NCBI GenBank assembly: GCA_964552295.1
Contig: CAZKFV010000021.1
Location: 1-54,772 of the forward strand
Reading direction: 5' to 3'
Length of the DNA: 54,772 nucleotides
Source of the DNA: an uncultured Thermotogae bacterium
GTDB taxonomy: Bacteria; Bipolaricaulota; Bipolaricaulia; UBA7950; UBA9294
Of this stretch, positions 37,346 through 46,674 are shown piece by piece. The stretch's first letter is position 1; every line of letters starts with the position of its first letter. The notes below the pieces were generated by a model. That model had not been told where the DNA came from and ran no database searches. It saw nothing but the letters and a program-made list of their open reading frames with translations. The position numbers and the translations under genes were made by a program.

Positions 37346-38390
37346 ATTTCTTCACCTCGCTCAGGATTCCAAGCGGAGTTGGGACCACCCCTCCCATCTC
37401 TCCGTAGAACGGGGTATCCGCTCGCTCAGCAACGGCTAGTCGAACGTCCTCCCACATCTGACCGGCACTCATCTCGACTGTCAGCACAGTCTTCACCCGT
37501 TCAGAGAGACTTCTCAACGGCATGTAAGGATACGGCCAAAGGGTTATTGGCCGGAACAAGCCAAGTTTTATCCCTTCCCCTCTCGCTAGACGGACAACCG
37601 TCTTTGCGATACGGGCCGTTGTTCCATAAGCCACTATTATGATATCTGCATCCTCAGTCTCTAACTCTTCGAAGCGAACCTCGTTTTTCTCGATCTGATG
37701 GTAACGTTTTTGAAGCTCAAGGTTCATCTGCTTTAGAACCTCAGGATCCAGGTCAAAGCTTAGTATGATGTTAGGCTGTCTTCCCTTAGCCCCAGTCGTC
37801 GCCCATTCCTTCTTAGGAAGAGATGCTACATCGATCGGCTCAGGTAGCTCAACCGGCTCCATCATCTGCCCCAACATCCCATCAGCAAGGACCATAACCG
37901 GAGTGCGATACTTGTCGGCAAGATCGAAAGCCAGCATTGTCAGAGTCCCTGCCTCTGGAACAGTTGACGGGCCAAGAACTATCATATGATAATCGCCATG
38001 CCCTCCTCCTTTCGTCGCCTGGAAGTAGTCGCTCTGCGAAGGGGCAATATCCCCCAACCCCGGCCCGCCACGCACTATATTTACTATCACCGCAGGGAGA
38101 CTGGATCCAGCAAGGTAAGAGATCCCCTCCTGTTTCAGGCTGATCCCGGGAGATGAAGAAGAAGTCATCGTTCGTACCCCCACTGATGCAGCACCGTAGA
38201 CCATGTTGATAGCGGCCAATTCACTCTCCGCCTGAATAAAGGTTCGCCCTAGCTTGGGCATGTTAGCCGCCATATGCTCAAGAAGCTCGGCCTGTGGCGT
38301 AATAGGATAGGCAAAATAGCACTGGCAACCAGCGCGTATGGCTGCCTCCGCAATCACCTCATTTCCCCTCATCAGCAACCTTTCCGACAT
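37335..38390 (-). CDS. 2-oxoacid:ferredoxin oxidoreductase alpha subunit (2-ketoisovalerate/VorB-like)
   Basis: YPITPQ, QAESELAA, SSSSPGISLKQE, RGGPGLG, GGGHGDY, VEMSAGQ. Confidence 0.92.
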   Translation of the reverse strand: MSERLLMRGNEVIAEAAIRAGCQCYFAYPITPQAELLEHMAANMPKLGRTFIQAESELAAINMVYGAASVGVRTMTSSSSPGISLKQEGISYLAGSSLPAVIVNIVRGGPGLGDIAPSQSDYFQATKGGGHGDYHMIVLGPSTVPEAGTLTMLAFDLADKYRTPVMVLADGMLGQMMEPVELPEPIDVASLPKKEWATTGAKGRQPNIILSFDLDPEVLKQMNLELQKRYHQIEKNEVRFEELETEDADIIIVAYGTTARIAKTVVRLARGEGIKLGLFRPITLWPYPYMPLRSLSERVKTVLTVEMSAGQMWEDVRLAVAERADTPFYGEMGGVVPTPLGILSEVKKYVC

Positions 38391-38437
38391 TATTCCCTCC
38401 TAAAAACCGCTTTCAGTAAAGAATCGCAGCATCTAAA

Positions 38438-38671
38438 CTACTTAGCTGAAGCAGTCGCTTTCTCCTTATACACTTCAATCGCAATATCAGGACAGGCGTA
38501 AGCACAGAAGGCACATCCAATGCATCCCTCCGGTCGCTCTAGTTGAACAATGTTGTACCCGCTACGGTTGATTTCTGTCGAGAAGGAAAGTACGTGAGTT
38601 GGACATGCCTCAATGCATAACCCGCATCCCTTGCACCGCTCCTTGTCGATCACAACCATCCCTTTTGGCAT
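38438..38671 (-). CDS. 2x[4Fe-4S] ferredoxin-like delta subunit
   Basis: CKGCGLCIEACP and CIGCAFCAYACP; start moved to ATG after GGAGG. Confidence 0.92.
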   Translation of the reverse strand: MPKGMVVIDKERCKGCGLCIEACPTHVLSFSTEINRSGYNIVQLERPEGCIGCAFCAYACPDIAIEVYKEKATASAK

Positions 38672-38684
38672 GGCGACCTCCATG

Positions 38685-39131
38685 TTAGCGCTTATTGTTG
38701 TAGAACTCCTCGCTGAGGCGCTTCCCGCGGTTCTTGCGCAGCCGGCTGAGACGCTTTTCCGCCTTACTGATCCACGCCTCCATCCTCTCTTCGATGGATG
38801 GCATTTCCACCTTTACATCGTTGCCCTTGACGCGAGGAGTGTTATTGGTCAATACGTAGTTAAGCTTGTTGAATTCCTGATCGAACTTGCTCGCACTGCT
38901 GTCAGCTGGTCTGTCTTCTACCGCCAGGACGTAGCTTCCTTGCTCATCGAGCAGACCAACTGTTACTCGAATCTCGCCACCAAGCTGGAAGCGTCGCATC
39001 TCTTCAAGGGAAAAGGAAGCACAAACAGGAACAAGCCCCCTCTCCTCATCGGATAGTGAAACCACTAGTCCCTTATCTGTTACATCCAAGATCTTCCCAA
39101 TAACTCTCTTTCCCGCCTCTAACGGCATCAA
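38685..39131 (-). CDS. S1-domain RNA-binding protein (YabR/YugI-like)
   Basis: N-terminal S1-like GKILDVTDKGLVVSL...GLV; basic tail SIEERMEAWISKAEKRLSRLRKN. Confidence 0.6.
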   Translation of the reverse strand: MMPLEAGKRVIGKILDVTDKGLVVSLSDEERGLVPVCASFSLEEMRRFQLGGEIRVTVGLLDEQGSYVLAVEDRPADSSASKFDQEFNKLNYVLTNNTPRVKGNDVKVEMPSIEERMEAWISKAEKRLSRLRKNRGKRLSEEFYNNKR

Positions 39132-39184
39132 ATCACCTGGTTCTGTAGGGCTTCTAGCCGGTTGAATGCCCGTAGTTTGTCAAC

Positions 39185-39379
39185 CTATCGCGCAACCTTT
39201 TTCACCCTTCCTGATTTGATGCAACGAGTACAGGCATTAATCCATACCTTTTTCCCATCTATGTACGCGTGCACACGCTGGATGTTGGGCATTCGCGAAC
39301 GCTTCGTGTGACGCATGGAATGGCTTACCTGATTGCCGGCCGCAGGCCGCTTTCCACAAATATCACAAACTTGGGACAT
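39185..39379 (-). CDS. rpmB: 50S ribosomal protein L28
   Basis: CDICGK...GNQVSHS...TKR...PNIQ...CTRCIKSG. Confidence 0.96.
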   Translation of the reverse strand: MSQVCDICGKRPAAGNQVSHSMRHTKRSRMPNIQRVHAYIDGKKVWINACTRCIKSGRVKKVAR

Positions 39380-39399
39380 CAAACTCACCCCTTATAGAA

Positions 39400-40062
39400 C
39401 TAATAATTTATCTTAGCCAATACAGGCTCAACATATATTGGTTCAAGTTCATAGAGCTGGTCTTGAGAATAGACCTCAGCGCCAAGGCACGCCACCACAG
39501 ACGAAACCTGTCTATCCATCTGATAGACAGACACGTGTGGGCCCTCACGCTCTGCAAGACGCCCACGCAGTGCCGGAATACTATTGCCGAAAACACTCAC
39601 TGGCCTCTTCTCTGCAAAAACCATTTCCACAACCTGATCTCCTGTCAACACTTCCGCTTTCCGCAACGGTTTATCCCCGTGGAACCACTTCACATAATGC
39701 AGGTCACGACGATTCTCAATCACTACACATTCATATGCATTACCATCAAACGATAAACCATCGCGAAAAATCCTCCATCCGTCGATTCCTACCAACGGAA
39801 TCCCTGATGCATGGCATATCCCTTTCGCCGTCGCTAGCCCTATTCTTAAGCCAGTAAACGACCCGGGGCCAGTATTCACACTCACCAGGCCAACCTCAGA
39901 GATAGTCATCTTGCAATGATCAAGCGCTTCATCAATCAAGGGCAATAGCTCCTCTGCATGCTGCAGAGGAGTTTTCATACTTATTTCCATAAGTAGTTCA
40001 GCGTTCTTGCGCAAGGCAACTCCGCCTTCTGATCCCGATGTATCTATCCCCAAAGTTATCAT
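39400..40062 (-). CDS. tsaB: tRNA t6A biosynthesis protein TsaB
   Basis: LGIDTS, HAEELLP, GPGSFTGLRIG, LEPIY. Confidence 0.92.
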   Translation of the reverse strand: MITLGIDTSGSEGGVALRKNAELLMEISMKTPLQHAEELLPLIDEALDHCKMTISEVGLVSVNTGPGSFTGLRIGLATAKGICHASGIPLVGIDGWRIFRDGLSFDGNAYECVVIENRRDLHYVKWFHGDKPLRKAEVLTGDQVVEMVFAEKRPVSVFGNSIPALRGRLAEREGPHVSVYQMDRQVSSVVACLGAEVYSQDQLYELEPIYVEPVLAKINY

Positions 40063-40071
40063 TCTACAACA

Positions 40072-40100
40072 ATGGTAATTGCCAAACTATCTGTTTTCAA
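40072..40100 (-). promoter_or_regulatory. putative promoter of tsaB-rpmB
   Basis: TTGAAA-17-TACCAT, ATG 9 nt downstream, no SD. Confidence 0.5.
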
Positions 40101-41050
40101 GCAATGATCGTCTCTTCCGGCCATTTAGAACCTGAAAGCAACTGGCGAGCATGCAAAACATCAAGCCCCATCTGGCGACTTAGTTCGGAAAGCGTTGAAA
40201 AATACCTATCATCGCGGATCCTTTGTAGGACATGGACTTCCAGCGTTGCCCCGTACAAATCTTGGAAAGAAGCTTCATACCTCGCAGGATCACTTTCTGG
40301 CGTTAGCAAGTGCACCTCAAGACGCTGCGTTCTACCATCAACCGAAGGTCGCTTTCCTGCGTAGAGCAAGCCTGGTGATTTATCGCCGCTCCAGAAAACT
40401 CTTACTAAATAGATCCCATCACCTGGGGGAAGGATTCCATCACCGATCGTCAGATTTGCTGTTGGATAGCCTAGAACGCCTCCCAATCGATCTCCGTGGA
40501 CAACTTGGCCAAGAATGATCGGCGGGCGGCCAAGTAGCCTGGCTGCCTCTTCGACCTTCCCTTTGGAAACTAGCCAGCGAATGCGGGTACTGCTAACTGG
40601 TACCCCATCTATAACAACGGGAGGCACGACAATAACCGCTGTGCCTTTAGAATCGCATAACTCTCTTAAAAGGCTTGCATCGCCAGCACGGCCCTGTCCA
40701 AAACGAAAGTCCTTCCCGACCACAATTGCGCGGGCGCCAAGGTCTTCAAGCAACACATTTTGCACAAACTTCTTTGCGGGTACATAAGCAACATCTTGAA
40801 AGCTAACCCTTGCTACCCGCTGCACATACCGTTCTAGAAGGCTGACCTTTGCCCACTCTGGCAGAAGCAGGCCTTGCGCCCCTTTTCCCGCAGCGAGGCG
40901 CGGAGGAAACACGAACGAGTACGCTATGCGTTCAAGGTGCTCCCCCGCAGCTACCTCATCAAGCTGTTCAAGGATGCGCTGGTGTCCTAGATGTACACCG
41001 TCAAACGTTCCGATCGTCACGGCGCTATTGCCTTTACTGATTCTAGACAT
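40097..41050 (-). CDS. ribF: bifunctional riboflavin kinase/FAD synthetase
   Basis: IGTFDGVHLGH, VGKDFRFG, VSSTRIR, LGYPTAN, EVH, IRD. Confidence 0.94.
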   Translation of the reverse strand: MSRISKGNSAVTIGTFDGVHLGHQRILEQLDEVAAGEHLERIAYSFVFPPRLAAGKGAQGLLLPEWAKVSLLERYVQRVARVSFQDVAYVPAKKFVQNVLLEDLGARAIVVGKDFRFGQGRAGDASLLRELCDSKGTAVIVVPPVVIDGVPVSSTRIRWLVSKGKVEEAARLLGRPPIILGQVVHGDRLGGVLGYPTANLTIGDGILPPGDGIYLVRVFWSGDKSPGLLYAGKRPSVDGRTQRLEVHLLTPESDPARYEASFQDLYGATLEVHVLQRIRDDRYFSTLSELSRQMGLDVLHARQLLSGSKWPEETIIA

Positions 41051-41233
41051 GGTAGACTAATGTTAACACAAGCAAGCACTGCTCGCAGACATGTTTAACT
41101 GGGACGCATCTTACGCAGTTTCGCCGGGATCTACGCTTCATGACCGCATGCCAAGCAGCACGTTTTTCATCGTAACCTAGCCATGAGACGCGGAGCAGCA
41201 AGATGAGGACACCGCGACAACAAAAGGACAGAC

Positions 41234-41265
41234 TTGACATTTACTGTGTATTACTGTAGTATACA
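41234..41265 (+). promoter_or_regulatory. sigma70 promoter with overlapping palindrome
   Basis: TTGACA-17-TAGTAT; TGTAT-N9-ATACA at 41247-41265; TTACTGT twice at 10-bp spacing. Confidence 0.65.
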
Positions 41266-41281
41266 TAAGAGATGATACAGT

Positions 41282-41722
41282 ATGATGGCAATGGATCGTA
41301 TGGTGACACGTATTATCGCGCTAGTGCTGACTACACTTCTCATAGGCGTCGTTGGGTGGGCAAGGATAGATCAGATTGAGCAGAAACCAACCATCAGTCA
41401 GACGGAGATCTCGCCACTTCATGATGATTCTGGGTGTATAAAGCTTTTCTGTGGAGGGGTCTGCGTAGAAAATTTCGGCAACTGGGTTTGTCGAACGAAA
41501 GAACGGTCCGAACGCTACGATGAACAAATGCAGCCATTGCCGATACTGGTTCGTGTCAGGGGCGACTGTTGGGTCTCCACTCTTTATGGAAACTACTACT
41601 GGAGCTGCACAAGGAGCGTTAGAGGCTCAGGATGTGTAACGGCCTATACCCAGTGCACAAAATTCGCAGTTTTCGTTACTCTTGCTGGCAATGATGGGTG
41701 GTGCTCATGCCAAGAACGATAG
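41282..41722 (+). CDS. small secreted cysteine-rich hypothetical protein
   Basis: hydrophobic signal ending VGWA; 10 Cys in mature part; own promoter; exact start (first Met cluster or GTG) uncertain. Confidence 0.6.
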   Translation: MMAMDRMVTRIIALVLTTLLIGVVGWARIDQIEQKPTISQTEISPLHDDSGCIKLFCGGVCVENFGNWVCRTKERSERYDEQMQPLPILVRVRGDCWVSTLYGNYYWSCTRSVRGSGCVTAYTQCTKFAVFVTLAGNDGWCSCQER

Positions 41723-42999
41723 CTTTATTCTTATTCCTGGCGAGTCTGGCTCCATTGGCGGTACTGGGACAGGAAGTTGGCCTTTTGGGTGAAGTAGTAC
41801 CATGGCCGATACCGTGCGCGGACATCTCCATGCACCCTCTAATGCTCCACGACCATCCACTCGAGCCCCTCGAGTCGGCGCCTACTTTATCCGGCAGTCG
41901 AGGCTATTACTACGGAATACTGCCGCTTGGCTCAGGCTCTGACCCAGGGATAACTGTGGTTGTCTCACAGCACGGGGAGCCATGGATTATTGTCGATGTC
42001 AACAATGATGAGGACCTAGCAAACGACAACAGGGCTGGTGATAGAGAACGTATTGACGCGCGCACCTACCGCTGGCAGGTGACCGTGGATGTTGAGTACA
42101 ACGAAAAAGGGACAGTAAGTCGCCTCCCATACCATGTCCTCATACTAGCAAGCTTCTCCTATGCAACAGAGCAGTACGAGTACTGGTACAGTTGTTTTTG
42201 CCATCGGCGTGGGCTCGTCGATCTTGGTAATACCTTATATCCGGTTGCCATCACTGATCTCTCATCTACAGCTAGGTACGATGACCTCTCCAACATATTT
42301 CTCTCAATAGATACTGATGGAGACGGTGAATTAGATATGCGTCCTGAATCACATGAAGTCTATCGCCCTAAAGAGCCATTTCAGGTCCAGGTACAAGACG
42401 TTGTCTACGCCATTACCTCAGTATCCGAGGATGGATGCAGGATCAGCCTAGAGCGTGTCGGCAACGCCGAAATGCGCAGCATCATTTCCGTTGGTCACAC
42501 GGCACCTGATTTTTCCACAACAACGCTTGACGGCCACGATATTCGCCTTTCTGACTTCCGCGGGAAGGTTGTCGTTCTAGTCTTCTGTCCAGTGTTCAAA
42601 ACAACTGATTGCCCAATGTGCGACACAGCATCACCCTCAAGCATTCCTAGAATCTCATCTAGAATGTCCGACATCCGTGATGCGATTGGCTTGTTTCGTG
42701 ATGGTATTGTCATGCTGACTGTATATACAGGATCAAATCCTCTAGATACGGATCAGACAACCAGTTCCAAATTGTCAACTGAGATCGAGCTATACGACCC
42801 CCGGATCACAGAATCCTACCGACGTTCAAACGGGCTGCTAATTATCGACCAAATGGGAGTCATTGCTGGGATGGACGAAGCTTGGTACACCATCTGGTGC
42901 GGCGTGCCGCGAGGAGGCTATCACCACCTCACACTACCGGAGATCGATGACATTCTTACTAACCTGTTAGAAGCCACATTGATCCCCCAAGGGCAATAA
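41707..42999 (+). CDS. secreted protein with C-terminal TlpA/redoxin-like thioredoxin domain
   Basis: signal MPRTIALFLFLASLAPLAVLG; DVNNDEDLAND and DTDGDGELD acidic loops; APDFSTTTLDG...LSDFRGKVVVLVF, CPMC, LIIDQMGVI. Confidence 0.75.
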   Translation: MPRTIALFLFLASLAPLAVLGQEVGLLGEVVPWPIPCADISMHPLMLHDHPLEPLESAPTLSGSRGYYYGILPLGSGSDPGITVVVSQHGEPWIIVDVNNDEDLANDNRAGDRERIDARTYRWQVTVDVEYNEKGTVSRLPYHVLILASFSYATEQYEYWYSCFCHRRGLVDLGNTLYPVAITDLSSTARYDDLSNIFLSIDTDGDGELDMRPESHEVYRPKEPFQVQVQDVVYAITSVSEDGCRISLERVGNAEMRSIISVGHTAPDFSTTTLDGHDIRLSDFRGKVVVLVFCPVFKTTDCPMCDTASPSSIPRISSRMSDIRDAIGLFRDGIVMLTVYTGSNPLDTDQTTSSKLSTEIELYDPRITESYRRSNGLLIIDQMGVIAGMDEAWYTIWCGVPRGGYHHLTLPEIDDILTNLLEATLIPQGQ

Positions 43000-43210
43000 G
43001 AACAAGCATCCGCCGCCAGGATACGACACTGAATCATGTAAAGCCGCTCTACTAAATGAAGCCATGTTTCTTCTGCTCTGAGCGCTCATTCAAGCCTTGA
43101 TGTGGATTTCACTCGCATCAAGAGCCTGGAAGATGGGAGCCCATCGTAGACGCCATCTGTGCAGTTGTACAAAGCAATTTTAGTTCCCTCAAGTATTCTG
43201 GTTGTCACGG

Positions 43211-43240
43211 TTGACCAACGGGAGCGCCCTCTTGTAAGAT
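43211..43240 (+). promoter_or_regulatory. putative promoter of ruvB
   Basis: TTGACC-18-TAAGAT, ATG 9 nt downstream, no SD. Confidence 0.45.
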
Positions 43241-43249
43241 TTGTCTGTC

Positions 43250-44254
43250 ATGCCAACAGAGAGAACTGTAGGAATTCAAGCTTCAGAAGACGACTCCCTT
43301 GTAAACCTGCGCCCAGCTAGGCTTAGCGATTTTGTGGGGCAAGAAGACGTCAAGGAGAAGCTTGAAATATACATCGCTGCAGCACGTGGTAGAGAGGAGC
43401 CGCTTGATCATGTATTGCTGCATGGTCCCCCGGGGCTAGGGAAAACTACCTTGGCACAGATAATTGCTCACGAGATGGGCGTAAATATGCGCACTAGTTC
43501 AGGGCCAGCTCTGGAGAAAGCCGGAGACCTTGCTGCAATACTGACTAACCTCAAACCACATGATGTTTTTTTTATCGATGAGATCCATCGCCTGCGCAGA
43601 AATGTGGAGGAGATCCTGTATCCGGCAATGGAAGACTACAAGATAGACATAATCTTAGGGGAAGGACCAAGCGCTCAATCGTTACGTATTGATTTACCAC
43701 CCTTCACCCTCATTGGGGCAACCACTCGTGCTGGTTTGATATCCGCGCCAATGAGAGACAGGTTTGAGGTGGCGTTTCGGCTCGCGTTTTACCGAATCGA
43801 AGACCTGGAGAAGATTATTGTTCGAGCCGGCAGCCTTTTGGGGGTAGAAGTCACCCAAAATGGTGCACAGGAGCTAGCCAGGCGTTCACGTGGAACCCCA
43901 CGCATTGCTGTTCGGCTTCTCCGTCGGACGCGCGATGTGGCGCAGGTGAGCGGGAAACAGAAGATCGACCAACAAGCCGCAAACCGTTCGTTAGAGCTGC
44001 TTCGCATAGATGAAGTTGGTCTGGATTCGCTGGATCGGGCACTTCTGGAAGCAATACTGGTGAAGTTCGACGGAGGTCCAGTCGGTTTAGATACTCTAGC
44101 AGCCTCCCTTTCGGAAGAAAAGGACACCATAACCGATATGGTTGAGCCCTATCTTCTACAGGAAGGGTTTATCCAGCGCACGCCTCAAGGGCGTACCGCC
44201 ACCGAGCGTGCATACAAACACTTACAGAAACAAAGCCTCGATCGGCTTCTTTAA
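43250..44254 (+). CDS. ruvB: Holliday junction branch migration helicase RuvB
   Basis: LRP...[46 protein letters not shown]. Confidence 0.97.
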   Translation: MPTERTVGIQASEDDSLVNLRPARLSDFVGQEDVKEKLEIYIAAARGREEPLDHVLLHGPPGLGKTTLAQIIAHEMGVNMRTSSGPALEKAGDLAAILTNLKPHDVFFIDEIHRLRRNVEEILYPAMEDYKIDIILGEGPSAQSLRIDLPPFTLIGATTRAGLISAPMRDRFEVAFRLAFYRIEDLEKIIVRAGSLLGVEVTQNGAQELARRSRGTPRIAVRLLRRTRDVAQVSGKQKIDQQAANRSLELLRIDEVGLDSLDRALLEAILVKFDGGPVGLDTLAASLSEEKDTITDMVEPYLLQEGFIQRTPQGRTATERAYKHLQKQSLDRLL

Positions 44255-44772
44255 TCAGCGCTGAAGCGCTCATAGAGCCGCTTCATATTAGTGATGAATT
44301 CTCGCACCACACCAAAGAATCGCCGCCAATCATAGATAAGCGCAAGCACTATCCAGGCAACGTAAACATAGGCAGCATGAGGAGCACAGTAGTAAGCGAC
44401 AACCAGCGGAAGAACAACTAGCGGAAAAGCAAAGGACATCGTTACAGATTTCGATTGGCAGAAAACGATGAACACGGCTGCCACTGTCACATAGATGGCA
44501 GCCGGCAAGACAGGAACAAAACCCGCCATGATAAGGTAGAATAGTGCAGAGAAAACCATTACCATATCAAAGGCAAACTCGTGTTCCCCCACCCACGTCG
44601 GTTCCTTGTTCTCGCGTCGAGCAATGCGCCCATCCAGGATGTCGGTAGTCCACCCCACCATAGTGAGCAAGATAACCCAATCAAGGGCTTCCCGGCCAAC
44701 TAGACTCAGGCCTCCTATGACTAGGGCTATCACTCCGCGCGATGCAGTTAAAATATCAGGGGCCTTGCTCAT
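44251..44772 (-). CDS. CDP-alcohol phosphatidyltransferase family membrane protein
   Basis: PDILTASR; [11 protein letters not shown]...G...D signature; several TM segments. Confidence 0.75.
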   Translation of the reverse strand: MSKAPDILTASRGVIALVIGGLSLVGREALDWVILLTMVGWTTDILDGRIARRENKEPTWVGEHEFAFDMVMVFSALFYLIMAGFVPVLPAAIYVTVAAVFIVFCQSKSVTMSFAFPLVVLPLVVAYYCAPHAAYVYVAWIVLALIYDWRRFFGVVREFITNMKRLYERFSAD

Positions 44773-44827
44773 CCGTATTCACCATAGATCATTATAGTAC
44801 TGCCGGCATAAGCAAGGCAAACATCCC

Positions 44828-45685
44828 TCAAATAGTACGCTTCCAGACTGAAGGGATAATCATACCTAAAAGAATCATTATGCTTCCTATCAACTGCCAT
44901 CTACCAAGTTTTTCGCCAAGCAGTAAAAAGCCAAATAACCCCGCAAAGACTGGCTCCATGGTAAGAATAATCGCGGTGTAAGAAGCCGTAGAGGATGACT
45001 GGAAACGGTTGAGCACGTAGTAAGCAACAGCCGTAGCAAAAACCCCTGTAATTAGAATACCCTCAATTACCGCACCAGAGAAGGTAAGAGAAAATCTCTC
45101 AATTGTCGCCGCCCCAATAAAGCTGAACAAGGTAACAACTGCCACCTGCACTAGCAGAAGCTGCCGGTAGTCAGTTGTACGGACAAAGCGATCTATGAGG
45201 ATTATATGAAACGCAAAACTAACTGCGCAGATAAGAGTCAACAGGTCTCCCCTGTTTAGGGTTGCAGATCCTTCATTTCCAGCAACCAGCAGAAACAACC
45301 CCCCGGCGGCAAGCAATGCCCCAAACCAGACCAGAGGCTTAACTCGTTTTCCAAATAGAAGCGATGCTGCCAAAGGCACAATTACCACCGACAAACCAGT
45401 AAGCAGGCCGCTCTTTGTTGCAGTTGTGTAAACCAGGCCCCATGTCTGAAACAGGTATCCCGAGAAGAGCGCAGTACCAACGATTAATCCAGCACGTAAA
45501 GAGCGTAAGCTTAAGGGTCTTAAATGTCTTCTCAGCAAAATAGCGAGAACCGCAAGAGCGATGAAGAAACGTATTGCTAAGAAAGTAAACGGCCCCACCT
45601 GCGACATTCCTTGCTTAATGAGCACAAACGTCCATCCCCAAATGACCGTTATCGACAGGAGAGCAAACACCGATGAACTCTTCAC
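44828..45685 (-). CDS. DMT/EamA family transporter
   Basis: IWGWTF, AIRF, QTWGL..TTA, GDLL, MEPVFA, LLGE; about 10 TM segments. Confidence 0.9.
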   Translation of the reverse strand: MKSSSVFALLSITVIWGWTFVLIKQGMSQVGPFTFLAIRFFIALAVLAILLRRHLRPLSLRSLRAGLIVGTALFSGYLFQTWGLVYTTATKSGLLTGLSVVIVPLAASLLFGKRVKPLVWFGALLAAGGLFLLVAGNEGSATLNRGDLLTLICAVSFAFHIILIDRFVRTTDYRQLLLVQVAVVTLFSFIGAATIERFSLTFSGAVIEGILITGVFATAVAYYVLNRFQSSSTASYTAIILTMEPVFAGLFGFLLLGEKLGRWQLIGSIMILLGMIIPSVWKRTI

Positions 45686-46272
45686 AGCAATCCCTTCGGA
45701 AGCTCTCCTCGCAATACGCGTGGGGGATCAGTTGTAAGGTCCAAAATGGCGGATGAAATACCAGTGCAAGCCTTAGAGCCTTCTATAACAAGGTCAACAC
45801 TGCGAAATCCTTCTATTATCTGCTCGATGTCGGTTAACGGCGGATGTCCTGATCGGTTGACGCTAGTTCCGAAAAGTGGCCGATCTATTCTGCGCATAAT
45901 GCTACCAAAGAATGGATGGGAAGGGACACGAATGCCAACCTTTCCATCAAGTACCGTTGCCGGAGGTGCCTGATCGCTTGCTGGCAGAATGAAGGTGATT
46001 GGCCCCGGAAGGAAACGCTCAAGCAACCCTTGCATTCGGGCATCCGGCAGAGCGAAACGCTCTATTTCCCCCACCGAGGGTAGGTGCAGGGTGAACGGAC
46101 GAGAGGGGTCGCGCTTCTTCATTCTGCGAACATGCTCAAGTGCACGCTCGTCCCACGCTCCTCCGCCAATTCCGTACACTGTGTCGGTTGGAAATATAAG
46201 GGTTCCTCCTGTCTCCAGCAGGTTCTCTAATATAACCTGAAGCCGTTTATCGCCCTCTTTTACAACCAGCAT
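45682..46272 (-). CDS. tsaC: L-threonylcarbamoyladenylate synthase
   Basis: FPTDTVYG, KKR, PGPIT, GIRVP, TSVNRSG. Confidence 0.9.
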   Translation of the reverse strand: MLVVKEGDKRLQVILENLLETGGTLIFPTDTVYGIGGGAWDERALEHVRRMKKRDPSRPFTLHLPSVGEIERFALPDARMQGLLERFLPGPITFILPASDQAPPATVLDGKVGIRVPSHPFFGSIMRRIDRPLFGTSVNRSGHPPLTDIEQIIEGFRSVDLVIEGSKACTGISSAILDLTTDPPRVLRGELPKGLL

Positions 46273-46422
46273 TCCATTCCCTCGATGACCTGTTGGGTAT
46301 CCGTGCGGCTCAATATACGCACAATAGCCTCCTGGAACAAGGTGAAACAGCTAAAGGTATCTGCTAGTATCCTTTCTAGCTGTGATGTCTGGAGAACAAA
46401 TACAAGCACTAGGAGGAAAGCG

Positions 46423-46674
46423 ATGACCGAAGGAGACAACAGCTACCTGTATCTGCCCGATTTGGGTGAAGTGGACGAAGTGACAATTGTAGAATGGCTA
46501 AAGACAGAGGGAGATGACTTTTCCATGGGAGAAGATCTGGTTGAAGTTGAAACCGAGAAGACAACCTTCATCGTAGATGCTCCTGCCGCTGGGCGGATCG
46601 AACAGATCCTTCTTAAGCCTGGTGAACGAGCGCATTTAGGCGATAGGCTTGCAAAGCTAGTTACCTCAAGATGA
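46423..46674 (+). CDS. stand-alone lipoyl-domain protein (83 aa)
   Basis: start moved to ATG after AGGAGG; LPDLGE...IVEWLK.EGD...LVEVETEK...APAAG is an E2-type lipoyl domain. Confidence 0.88.
   Translation: MTEGDNSYLYLPDLGEVDEVTIVEWLKTEGDDFSMGEDLVEVETEKTTFIVDAPAAGRIEQILLKPGERAHLGDRLAKLVTSR

Noticed and set aside
36797-37642. 281-aa plus-strand ORF
   Set aside because: Antisense to the conserved oxidoreductase alpha/beta genes and has no motifs.
41043-41240. 65-aa ORF or FMN riboswitch upstream of ribF
   Set aside because: No SD or family motif, it overlaps the divergent promoter, and the conserved RFN sequence blocks are not visible.
41244-41280. E. coli-type LexA box
   Set aside because: CTGT and ACAG are not 8 nt apart.
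46285-46674. Biotin carboxyl carrier (AccB) to complete accDA
   Set aside because: The motif is ETEK (lipoyl-type), not AMKM, and the context is lipB/lipA. The first 46 codons of the track ORF precede the SD.
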